A stretch of DNA of 64,000 bases from Balanoglossus misakiensis (lineage: Eukaryota; Animalia; Hemichordata). Under the pieces are notes generated by a model. It was given only the letters and a program-made list of their open reading frames with translations. It was not told the DNA's origin and did not search any database. The position numbers and the translations under genes were made by a program. Numbering within the stretch: the stretch's first letter is position 1; the number at the start of each line of letters is the position of its first letter. The stretch covers positions 9,725,483 to 9,789,482 of the forward strand of contig CM082582.2 in assembly GCA_040954595.2 (NCBI GenBank). Direction: 5' to 3'. Of the stretch, positions 1 to 11,800 are shown piece by piece.

Positions 1-32
1 CCCCGCGATACCGGATCGTTCGTTCACATGAC

Positions 33-2077
33 TTATTTTTGTCGCAATACCGGACTGCCGATTCTCACTGGGTTACCAATGCTATAACCGGGGTCTCTGT
101 CTCCAATGCCGAAAAATCCGCCGTCTATGGGGCCGTCGTCACCAGGGCCGCCGGACGCCACGCCAAATATGGTTTGCAAGAAATGTGTGCCGCTACTCAT
201 GGCGTTGAAACTATCGTAGTAGTAAAGATGGTCGGGGACAGGGTCTGACACAATCCTTTTGAGTTCATCCTCGTTTATGTCATCCGTCACTCCGAGGGCG
301 TAAATTTCGACACCTGTGGACAATAATGGTATATAAAAATAAGACACTTGCCGAGTTTTGAGACAACTTCAAACTCTTTCATTGGTACAGAGCATCATGA
401 AGGCAACGATGCACACAATTACATGAATGTCCGGCAAAGTGTTGTAGTTCCCCGAATTAATTGAACTGATTGACCCCCCACTGCAAAAGCGGAATTTCAG
501 TTCGCTTACCTGTGTCTTTGAGGGCATTAGCGGCGCCCTCAACATTGCCACCTCCATTCGAATGTCCGTCAGTCACGAGGAAGAGCACCTTGTGAGCGTT
601 GGGGCGGGAACCCTCATCTCCTGTGAACGCTTCATCGCGGGCTTTATTCAAGGCTTTGGTAGTGTGCGTTGACCCACCTGTAAGAATTGCAAATACACAT
701 CAAACTAAGTGAAATATTCGTGATATACACATAACGTCAAGAACTTCAGAGTCAAAGAAACCTACTAGGCTACATGAACATCAAAATGATCAAAAATGGA
801 ACTCATATTTTACTTATAAATACCTGTATATTCGATCTGCTCTATCCGGGCTTTACAGTCTGGTTTACTGTCGCAGGCGAAAAAGTTGAAGTTAAGTTCG
901 ACCTTGTTGGCGGATGAAAAAGATATGGCGGCTATTCTAGTTTGCCAGGGTCCTACTGGCACGGGAAAGAGGTCGATCAGCTCCTGTTATGATCATATTA
1001 AAAGAGAAGATTTATTAGACGATGACAAAATTAAAACAATGCTAAAATATCACATCAAAGGGTTTGTACGCACGGCTAGAGTATGGGCACTCGATATCGA
1101 ATCAGTACCCGGGCAAGCTTGCTCAGTGAACTGACTTTGATGCGGCCGCACTGTCATCGCGCGCTAAACAAAACAATCAACATCAAAGTGTGGCTCTTAC
1201 CCGAATGTGATCGATAACAATAGTGAAGTCGGTCGGCCCAATGCTGCCACTTTTGTCGATGACGAACAGGAGATCGACCGGTGGCGGTGAGGCGGTTCCA
1301 AACTTTCCATCGCGGACCTCCGGGGAGAATTTCCCCAGGAAACTGGTGCCGATAGCACTGGCTGTTTCAAAGGCATCGGGTCTGCCGCCTGTGAAGTTAA
1401 GGGACGACATTTCTTGTCAGTGATCAATTTTCAATGAGTTCAATTACAATGACACAATGCCATACCCATATGTCGAAATTTATGCAGGTGTACACACGTC
1501 ATGATGCCTAGTATAATTGAAGCGATTTTCTGAGAAAATGAATGAAACGAGAGAGAGGGAGAGGGAGGGAGAGAATGAGAGAGAGAGAGAGACAGAGAGA
1601 CAGAGAGACAGAGAGAGAGCTATCGTAACTTACATTTTTCTTCTGATTCTGTCAGATCATAATTGCAGTTTCTACCACGTATGATAGAACGTGTCCGAGT
1701 GACGGTGCTACAACCGCTGATTGCTCTTGTACTCCAGGCTCCCCATTCGCTCACCTGTTGAAGATGAAGAAGTAAGATGCAGCCATGAGACTTCTTGATC
1801 TACCAAACATGTGTTTGTGGTCGTGTGTGGAGTCGCACAAAGAAAACCACACGATAAAATATTTCAGCTCATTCACTGAAGTCAGAAGCAACTTATTATA
1901 CTGGGGGTCCTAAATGATCCAAAGTTTACTGTTGGCTTAACCCAAGACGATTTATTTTGGACCTACCTCGCACGAGCCTGACGTGCCATAATGGCTTCCG
2001 AAAAAGCTCCCCAGAGATCCAGCCCGGCACTCGGTGCAAACAAGGCCAATGAGCATGCAGACAATAATGAACTTCAT
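33..2077 (-). CDS. Secreted TSP1 + von Willebrand factor A domain protein, ~342 aa, 6 coding exons (2077-1967, 1754-1634, 1388-1201, 983-824, 677-510, 313-33)
   Basis: Exons join in frame at GT-AG sites: signal peptide MKFIIVCMLIGLVCTECRA; TSP1-like VSEWGAWS...TRTRSI...C; vWA with MIDAS DLLFVIDKSGS, GGSTHT, LVTDG, GVEIYALGV; Gly/Asp/Pro-rich tail; TAA at 35-33. Confidence 0.85.
1549..1619. repeat. (GA)n / GAGACA compound microsatellite in intron
   Basis: Direct reading of GA-rich tandem repeats. Confidence 0.9.
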
Positions 2078-2392
2078 TGTTTGAGGCTGTAAACAAAACA
2101 AGAACATACATGTACAATTAAAATTAAATTTTACTTGCTTGCTTACTCTGTGATGGCATTCCCCCCACCATGAACTATGCGTCCGGCAACGTGCATGTGG
2201 GCCATTTGCAGCTTCTCAGTTGATAAGTACAATACTTGTAGTTCAAACTACAAACTACAAGTTCATTGAACTTCTGTGCTGTTTTCTTGGCCTGTTTGAT
2301 GCGCACACACACAATTAGACAGCCTGTGAAAACATTTGCATATTTCCGCAAAATACACAAGTTTTGCTACCAGGTGGACGCTGGCTAACTTA

Positions 2393-2515
2393 CCTTGAAT
2401 TCCCAAAACTTCTCAGACAGCGTCCAATTCAACAAATCTTCGACAGTCAACAACGGCGCGTTCTATGAAACTGTTTGAACTGACTAGTCCAGAAGAACCT
2501 CCGCTTATATATAGA
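2393..2515 (-). promoter_or_regulatory. Putative TATA box and 5' UTR exon of the TSP1-vWA gene
   Basis: Minus strand reads CTATATATAAG near 2505-2515, then a donor CAAG|GTAAGT near 2393; an acceptor lies just upstream of the ATG exon. Confidence 0.5.
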
Positions 2516-3112
2516 TGCCTGATAACGGATGTCCTTTGAACTGATACGGTCGATCGTTCGACGAAATCGCGCGAGAACCGTCTCCCGGGGACTATAAACT
2601 TCCGCCGATTGTTGTAATTGCCGTCTTCCAGGAAGATCACCTATACGAACCTTCTCAAATTCCAATGACAACAAGAAAACTGTATAAACATCTTCACCCG
2701 AATCTCAGGGGCACGATATTGATTTCGATTTGCAAGTACTAGTCTCAGCTGGTTTCTACACGAGATTAGCTGTGTTTCTTAAGACGTCATTATCATCTTG
2801 TTTGGATGATTGTCGATGGCGTATATCTATATTGACCTTCATTCTTGCTGCTATTATTAAACGAGTTGTCACCATGGTAATCACGATATCTTGCGCTGTA
2901 TGTTAAAGTACCACAAGTTTGAACACGTAATCAGCATTTGGGGGAACGTCTGTGGCGTAATAGTATTTGTCAGAGATAATGCAATTGTTTGACATTTGAT
3001 CCCTATTAAAAGCATGAAGTCTGAGCTGCCTGGTATTTAGTTCATCGACACGCACATGTTGAAAATCGAATTCACGTCCGGATTGAATTACATTTTTCTC
3101 ACGACTATGAGG

Positions 3113-3200
3113 TAGCCTGGTCTCCATACCCAGTGTGTTTTAGATAGACTCATATGTGTGTGAGTCTATCAAAAACACACAGGGTATGGAGACCAGGCTA
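3113..3200. mobile_element. 88-bp hairpin MITE with TAG...CTA termini (AcademH-like non-autonomous element)
   Basis: TAGCCTGGTCTCCATACCC...GGGTATGGAGACCAGGCTA near-perfect palindrome; flanks ACTATGAGG / GTTATGAGG (7/9 match, decayed 9-bp TSD). Confidence 0.7.
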
Positions 3201-3726
3201 GTTATGAGGGAAAGAACCATACATGCTTCTACTATCTATGGAAGGTTGAGTATGTGGGATTATGACTAGAAAAGCAATTGAACAAAACTAATACTTTTAT
3301 CACAATACCACACATTTTTAAATTTTTTTTAATGGTTAAAATGCATCACGGTCACTGTTCGAACAATACAGAGGAAGTATATGTAGGCCTATCAAATGAC
3401 AACGCTATCGTGATCAGATAAACAATATAATTTCCGGAAACGGTTCAAGGAAAGGAGGTAGGAAAACACAAGGTTCACGTAACGACATTTCTTCGAAACT
3501 CCGAAACATGAACTGAAGTTGTACATGCTTCCGGTCACACCCTGCGAGAGGTCAACCGAGGCCATGATGGTGTCGATTGGTGGCGTTGTTGCGCTTGCGC
3601 ATTGGAGAACCCGGAAGTGTTGGTGAAACCACGTTTGTTTAGGCCAGCCAACGCGTCGTAGAGTTGTTGACTTCATATTACTGGCGTCAGGCCCTTCGTT
3701 TTCTCAGGTACCGTATCCTATATTAA

Positions 3727-4383
3727 AGGGACAAAGTCTCTCTCTCACTCTTCTTTTCCCATTTATTATGTTTGATTCACTACACTGTCTATGCTAATGC
3801 ACATGTGGATGTATAGTGAATCAACATTCAACCATCACGTTTGTAGGATATGAGAGTAAAAATCTCGCCAAAATGAATAAATGGTAAACACCGAATATTC
3901 ATTTTGCTCTCGCGTCTACAAGTGTGATGGAAGGTGTGTGTGGTTGAACTATGAGTAAAATTTCTACATAATGTTTACCATAGAGATGTTCAAAGTCACT
4001 AAATTTGGCGGCCATTTTGAATGCCATAGACTAAGCACAGATATAGGCGGCCATTTTGAACCTCAAATTTGGCGGCCATTTTGAAAGTCTTAATTTTAAG
4101 ACAATTTTGAAAAGACCCCCTCCCCCCGAATTTAATGAGTAAATGAAAGATTATTTTCGGCAAGAAATGAATAATCTAAAGTAGCCAAAAATGAATAATC
4201 AGTGTTTACCATTTATTCATTTTGGCGAGATTTTTAATCTCACATCTATATGCAGGATGGAAGTTGTTTGTGGTTGAACGTTGATTCACTATATACATGT
4301 ATTCACATGTACCTAACATCAATGGTGTCTTGTATCAAACATACTTAATGGGAAAAGGGCAGCAAGAGAGAGACTTTGTCCTT
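3727..4383. mobile_element. Non-autonomous TIR element with TTAA target duplication (Kolobok-type MITE)
   Basis: TTAA|AGGGACAAAGTCTCTCTC ... GAGAGAGACTTTGTCCTT|TTAA; imperfect inverted arms of ~180-200 bp; three internal GGCGGCCATTTTGAA copies. Confidence 0.75.
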
Positions 4384-4833
4384 TTAAAGTGACAAACCAT
4401 AACCTCTCCTAGAAGTTGTGAAGTTTGTGTTATAGTAACGTTTGAGTCTCACAAACCGTCGTGGGCAGGTGGCTGTGTACTGTTTGCACGTGTGTAGCCC
4501 TGGTCCGGACCCGGTAGAATGGTTGTTGGGAGGGGCAAAGCATGTATGGGCGAGTGTGTTAGAATTTCATTCAGGTTGAAAAACACACACCAGCTCTCTC
4601 ATGTGTAACTGACTCACTCACCACTCTTACTAGTGTTCACTCAGTAGTAAAAAAGCATTTGATTGTTCCTGGTAGAAAGTAATATTTATTTACCAGACAA
4701 GCAAGAAATTGCTTTCATGTCAGGTGGAAAAAAACTAATTGTTTTTTACAGAACAAATACAGGTACAATGTATATGTACATAGGAAAAAGTAGACAGGCA
4801 TTATGTACTAAACAAGTGAATGTTGTCATTCTA

Positions 4834-4847
4834 CCACTAGAGGGCAG
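4834..4847 (+). promoter_or_regulatory. CTCF-like motif
   Basis: CCACTAGAGGGCAG matches the bilaterian CTCF core consensus; single motif match only. Confidence 0.4.
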
Positions 4848-5838
4848 TATGCATCTCAGAAAAAAAGTGCTTATGTAAATTACATTTCTGAGTTGATATT
4901 TTCAAGATTTCTGTGACTGGAAGCAACAATCAATGCTTTAACTTTCTGGCTTGATTCATGACCCCTAGCACTGTATATTTTTTTCTGAGATTTTTGTCAT
5001 TTTGATTAACTTTTAACTCGTGTGAGTGTGTGTACACCGTGATTTGTTAGTTTCTTTTGAAGGCATTGTATCATTTGAAACAAAATTGTCATAATATTGC
5101 ATACATCTGTTGTTAAACACTTCAGTTTAAATTTTGACCTTGTGAAAGCTTGATCAGTGGAAATCTTGTGATCAAATTTGGATGTACAAAAATGTTGATT
5201 GATTCATTCCCCTCTGTTGTCTGTGTACAGACAATTTTGGAATCATTTGGTGATTTCCCACTTGATAGGGAGAGGAATAGGTCTTGTTTTCATTTTCATA
5301 TTCAACATAATGAAAATGGTTCTGGAATATTAGTACGCATACTTTAATGTTACGCTGACATCATATAATGGTGACTTTGAAATCCTCATGTACATGAAGA
5401 CTAGCATTACATATAGAAACCAATTTTTCACCTGAGGAAAAGACTACGTAAAGTGCTCCAGGTGTAACCACAATGGCAATTATTAGGCAGTAATTTTTCA
5501 CAAGAAACCCATCTGAGTAGATCTCACTGAGGTATCGTTAATTCACATTTAAATAAATACAAAAAGAGACTGATTATATCCTTTTCATCATGCAACCAAA
5601 ATATACAAAATATCAGCAACTTAAGTCACTTGAGTTTAAAAAAAAATAAGATTATCTTTTTTCCTGCGAAAGATTGTATGGTTTGTCCATACTTCATTGT
5701 CAGTTATATGTAAATACTTTACATATTGTCGTAGTATGGTCTTTTTAACTTTTTGTAGTGGCTCTGTCAGTTTTTGAAGTTTTAATGAATGTTTTTCCTG
5801 AAGACATTATGTTCACTGACAGATAACCTTGTCTGTCT

Positions 5839-8800
5839 TTATTTTGTCCACATAGCTGCAAAGTACGGTCTCCCTTCAATTTCATACCCAACGATAATCT
5901 TTGGGATGTAGTCCAACCCTTTGAGGTTTGTGATTTCTTCCTTGAGCTGGGGCACTGAGAGTTGGGCGTGGGCTATCCACCCGCCCAGCTTCTGCTGGCT
6001 GAAGACGGCGGAGAACTTCACTCCGCCGTCTTCCATGCGGGCGTCGAGATACGTCAGAGTCCGTTGCTTCACGGCGTTCTGCTTCATCATCAGCTCCAGC
6101 TCGGCGGTCGACAGCTGGGTGTACGACTTCCAGTTGGAGCCCTTCTGGCTGGTCGTCATCAGCGTCACGTAGTTCTGCCCGTTGAAGTTCTTGATGCACT
6201 GCACCAGCGGCATCTGGCCTTCCTCCTTCCACTCGACCAGCCTCCGGTTGTACTTGGCCAGCTTCTCGTGCCAGCCGACCTTCTTCACGCCCTTGTCCTC
6301 CGTTCCCACGGCCAGCATGTGCCGTATGTGCCCGTTGTTGTTGCGACTCGGGTAGCTGGTGATCATCTGAACGCTGAGGGACTTCGACGGCCATGTTTGG
6401 AACATCTCGGTGAGTTCGTCGTTGTCAAGCTCGTAGAACACGTCGATCGGACTGTCTTTGTTCGTGGGGTTTCGCTCCAGAATGATGCTGAAGTACGTTT
6501 TGTCTCTCACTGTGTAGCCGTTGATCCAGATCGGGTGGTAGTTGTAGCGAGCCAGCGCGATGGCATGGGCTTGGATGTGGTGTTCCGGGAGCATGTACTT
6601 CATGAGGATCACCGATCCGTCGCGCTGCTTGTGGATGGAGTCCACGCAGTCGGAGATGAATAGATCCGGATCGTTCGGCCACTCCCGGACGGAGCCGATG
6701 GCGTCTGTCACGAATCCGCGGATGTTCTTTCTGTTGTTTCCAGTCAGCATCATCACCCAGCTGATCTGGTTGTCCGGCGGCCTCCTCTTCCTCGTCTTGG
6801 CGCCGGCTTGCATCATGCCGTGGTACACAACCAGCTCGCTGTCGTGGGGATCTCCCGTCTGCCACCACTCGCCGTCGTTGTTCACCCGGAATCCCATCCC
6901 ATGCCAGGTGTCGGTGTGCTCGGAGACGGCCGGTTTGCCCAGCATCAGCTCCAGCGTCTCGGAGTTCAACAAGGAAGATTCCCCCATTCCGGTGATTCCG
7001 TTCATGAACCGCAGCAAGTCGAAGACTGTGGAGAACCAGCCGAGGGAAGAATCCAGAAAGTTGTACGTGACTCCGGTATTACTGGAACTGTCTTCAAGCG
7101 AGATGGACCCATCTTCAAATTTGACGCTCTGGGCAAGTTCCTGCCACCCGTACACCTGTCTGCTTGTGTGGTGCGGCCCGAGTCGAGTGTGCCACATGCC
7201 CATGGGTACCAGAATCTCATCTCTGATGTACTTGTCGTAGCTTCGACTGGTCACAGTCTTGATGACATGCCCGAGGAGCATGTATCCGAAATTTGAATAC
7301 TGGTACTTCGCGCCGGGACTGGAGTGCAGCGGCTGCGTCATCACGTATCTGATGATGTCACTCTGGGATGGGTTGCCGTGGATACCCATTTCGGCGGCGA
7401 TGTCGGTGACGTTGTGCCCACGGGAGAGGTAGAGTTTGTTCATGAGGGGATCGTAGAGTGGGCCCCTGGCCTGGTTCCATCCACCCGTGTGCTGCAGCAG
7501 GTGTTGAACGGTGATGTCGTAGATTCTCGGATCGGCAACGGCGTGATGGTTTCGGGGGCTGAAGTTCGCCAAGACGCCGTCGTCTCCGAATATCGTTTCG
7601 TCGAGCCCCAAGCGCTCGTCTTGTACAAGCTTCAGAATGGCGACAGCGGTGACGGACTTGGACATGCTGGATGCATGCAGCAAGGTGGTTGGCAGCATCT
7701 TCTGACCGTCGGACGTGCTGCCGTAACCCTGCGTATAGAGAAGCTGGCCGTTTTTCACCACCCCAAGTGTTGCTCCCAGGTAGTCGTTTTCCACCAGGAA
7801 TGTCACAATCTTCTCATCCAGCTCTCTAAGCTCGGGATACTGTTCGCCATTGACTGCCATGAGATCAAGGTCTGAAATGGACAGGAGAAAGTGACATTAG
7901 TAAAAAAACAAAGGCATCAGTATAGTTGTTTTACAGATGGCGCCCTTTCGTACATAAAAGTTGTCCTCCTTATTTAATTAAAACAACAAAACATAACATG
8001 CCCTGTATTCTAAAGGACAGAGTACTGGCTAGCTCATTTAGACATACCCAGTCATGTGGGTGGTATATTTGGTAATTTGGAAGTTGGCATGTCCTTAATA
8101 ACCAACATTCACGGTTTGATGCATACATGGTACCAACCATGTATGCAACCAGTTCCACTGCATGGTGAATCGGTTCTCCCCAGTGGTTTGCTTTCATCAA
8201 ACGCTTTTGTGCGAGCTGCAACCCAACGCCTGGGTTTTTCCGACCCGCCACACAATGCTGCCCCCTTGTCGATGCAGTGCATGCGTGTAACTGCATTGGA
8301 GAAGAAGTGAACCGGATTGATCGGAACACAGACATCCGGAAAAAAGAAGTCGACCCCCAACAGAGATCAGTAACAGCTGATGGTATCCTAGGGGAATGTA
8401 TAGTTACCCCCATTTTATAACAGAGTGCCTTGTTGAGTAATATTGTCGGACGAAATGGATGATTCATGGAGACTGAACAAGCAAAGACCGATTTCCTTCA
8501 GTCTTGATTTTTATTGCCCATGTGGCCATATGCCATAGGATAGGTGTGTCAGTACAGTCAGTCTATTTTGTGCTTAAAAGGTCAGAAGGGGGCACATGTA
8601 CACCCCACGGCAGACAATCGGTCAGATCGCTGCCTGGGGCTGTGGGATGAGCCCCCTCGTCCCGGTTTGAATCCCGTGACTGCCACAAAGAGTCACAGAT
8701 CAGTTGCTTCAAATTAATCAAACTGGTCATTGTACCTGTGCGTTCTATTTTTGGTTCAAGATCTCCATGCAGTGCAACGTCCCCCTTTAATTTTCTGTTT

Positions 8801-11800
8801 CTTTATTTTCCACTTTTCTGATAGTTCTGTCCCCCTAAGGTTGTTCAAGAACGAGCTGTTTTGGTGTACATGGTGAAAATTTCACAACTTGCTTTATAGT
8901 GATGCGGCCTGTCTGAGAGAAACCGGTTCTGTCAAGACACGTACAGAAACTGCACACACATACAACAGGACTCAACCATCACTTTGTTTTCCGAGGCAAT
9001 GAGCTCACTTTTGTTTTGTCAACTTCCATGACTCTATAAACCGATGTGCTGAATAAATAACGTCTCAGCTTTATTGGGCACTGAAGCAAAGTGTTTCTAG
9101 GAAGTGGACAGCTGAGGGACGTCACGTAAACTAACCACAGTATCACTCCACCAAATCAATACATCCATTCACTTCTCCTCGACAGCATTTTTACTTGTAT
9201 TTGTAGTATCAGCCTCAGTGTGGATGACCTCATCGCCCGAAGGGTCATCGTTGGGGCGATATCTGGTGTCGCGCACCAATCACAGAATGTAACCGTTTGA
9301 GAAATACTAAACGGTCCTCTGATAACTGCCCACACTAAACTGACATGTGCCCGGCCGATAGCTGCGATCACCGTTGAGAGTGCACGTATGTGTCTACCAA
9401 TCGTACAGATCACACGTCCGTGATGCAAAGCAGCTGCCGTAACACTATACCATGTATATATCCATCCCAGAGATTTTCATAAATGTACACATCATCAAGT
9501 GTTTAGGAAAACTTTTTCAAGATAGACATGTACAGGAGAGTTGGGTGTTGTTAATAGCTTTGTGGTAATCTGCCAGGTCTCAGCGGTCAGAGCTTTGAGA
9601 TTTAAAAAGTGCTAGGGGGGCTGCGATATCAGGGATCAAGTCCTGTATGTCAGAGACAGTCAAGGAGGCATGAAATTCTTCTGTTTTTCCACTGGAGATG
9701 AATTAAATGTACCACACACCGAGGTACATGTATATTGTCATTCGTAACCTTGTAAGGCCAAGGTTTTGCAATACCAGTATTTGTTGCTACCAGTACAGCC
9801 TTTGGTGCCTAGCAACAAAGTCCAGCAGTAAGTTTGGTATTCCAAACAAAACTGCACTTGCCCTCCAAAAGTCTGACCCTTTTAGATAAGATTGATTTAC
9901 AATAAAAGCCATTTGATATAAAGAAGCTATTATGCCATGGTATTTATTTTTAGTTTATTGATGGCTTGATTGCTCAGCCAGGGTTAGCAATGCTAAAGTG
10001 TGGGGGGGGGGGGGTGACACTCATTAGAATGGCCAATTAGGGTTTACCCTGAAGGTAATCCCCATCCATTGAAAATCTGCCCTGTTGTTGTGGACACCTT
10101 CACTTCTCTGACAAAATGCACCAACCCTCTGTAATAGAGTCTCTTTTGTCATGGTAAATTCACTACAGTGTTAATGTCCTCATTAACCATACCTGAATGC
10201 CGAAAGACAATGACTGTCCTGGATGTTTATAACAGCAGAATGAATTTTTTGACCAGTGCTTGCTGGTGTTAAGAGTAGTTTTTTTTTGTCGGCAGTAACC
10301 TTGGAATCAGTCGCGGAAACAAATCACCAGTTCCTACCAACAATACACAAGGTTTCCGTTCTCATATTTGCAAGTTCCAAGTCATGCAAAATGACAGGGC
10401 TTTCTAAGGGGTTAATTCTCCTAGGGTTTTTGTGGAAGTATTGTACAAGCATATGGATGATCATGTGCTGAAAAATGCATAGAAACAGAATCAAACCACT
10501 GGATCAGACCCCTCCCAAATACAGACAGGAAGCTCCAGCCCAACACAACAAAAGTATGGGATCATCAAGTCCATCAGGCTTATGACCCAACAGTTACCCC
10601 ATGACATCAAGCCAAACAATTCATGGCACAGATTTATTTGAGGTATTTGATTCCTCATGTAAATGTGCCAGGCTACTCGAAAGGGGTGAAGATTACACTA
10701 CACAATGTGATGAGAGACATCAACCTCGGATGCAGACAGCAGTTCAATTCTTCTAGAAAGAGGTTTTTAAGAAAACAGCTTGCGCGGTAAGAAGATTACA
10801 CAATCACAGACAAGTGTACTAATTAAGCGAATCTGTAAAATGCAGAGCAGGAAAAGAGATTAAATAGGGCATGTCTGTAGGGACAGTTTTGGTGCATGTG
10901 ATTTGCATGCTAATGAGATAACGTTGCGTGTTGCGCATGGGACTGGGATTTTTGAGTTTACATTCAGGATAAAACAGTGTTTTTTCTCCCTTTCGTCCCC
11001 TAAAGCAGATCTGTACTTTAAAGGTTTCGTCACCAAAGCAGGGTTGGTGAACTGAACACAGAAGTTTTTGTTTGCGATTATTCCTCCCTAGATTATCCAC
11101 CATCCTTCAGGCAACTTTTGTCTGGGAGAGCTTATAGCTGTGTTACGCTTGCATGAGCTCTTTTTGTGTTGGTCGCGGTGCGGGGTAGTGGCGACTGGCT
11201 TCTAGCTTGGTCCGCGTCCTGTCTCCACTGATTGCCAATTGATTGATAGCACTCTACTATCAAGGCTTCCACTGGAGTGAAAACTTCACTTGTTCTTTGA
11301 AAATAATGCAATCACTTCGGCCGAGTGGTGGTGGCCACCAAGTTTTCAAGATGGCCGACTTTCGTACAGGTCAAGTGTTCGCATGATCAAGGCACAGAGC
11401 GTCTGAAGAGTCAGAGTGTAAACCTGATAGGGCTGCTACCTAGGCAACTTCCAAAGTCAGAGTTTGGTTTCCATGGTAATGAACAAAATTTGCATAGCTG
11501 ACAATACACCTTTAATTAATATCAAGTGAAACTTTAAAAATAACCAAATTGATGTTAAAACGTTATGACTTTCTCCCTTTAATGGTATTGTTGATTGAAG
11601 CGGAAACTCTGATCCACAACAACTCTTCGCATAGTCAGAACAATTACAGCTAATGTGACATCTGGGATTTACAAGTCTAACTAATTCAAGACCAGCACTA
11701 AAATCTCTGATTTATGACCAGTCGTGTCAGTCAGCCCCTTTTGATGTCCTGGTTTAAATGGTGAATGGAAAGCTGGAACTACAGTACAAAGGCAGAGGGA

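Noticed and set aside
5882-7875. Multiple overlapping ORFs on both strands over the lactamase exon (likewise over 54030-56516 and the H1 gene)
   Set aside because: Shadow frames of GC-rich coding sequence with no motifs
8609-8685. tRNA-like segment ending GGTTTGAATCCCGTGACTGCCA
   Set aside because: T-stem and D-arm do not pair properly; at most a decayed tRNA-derived SINE head
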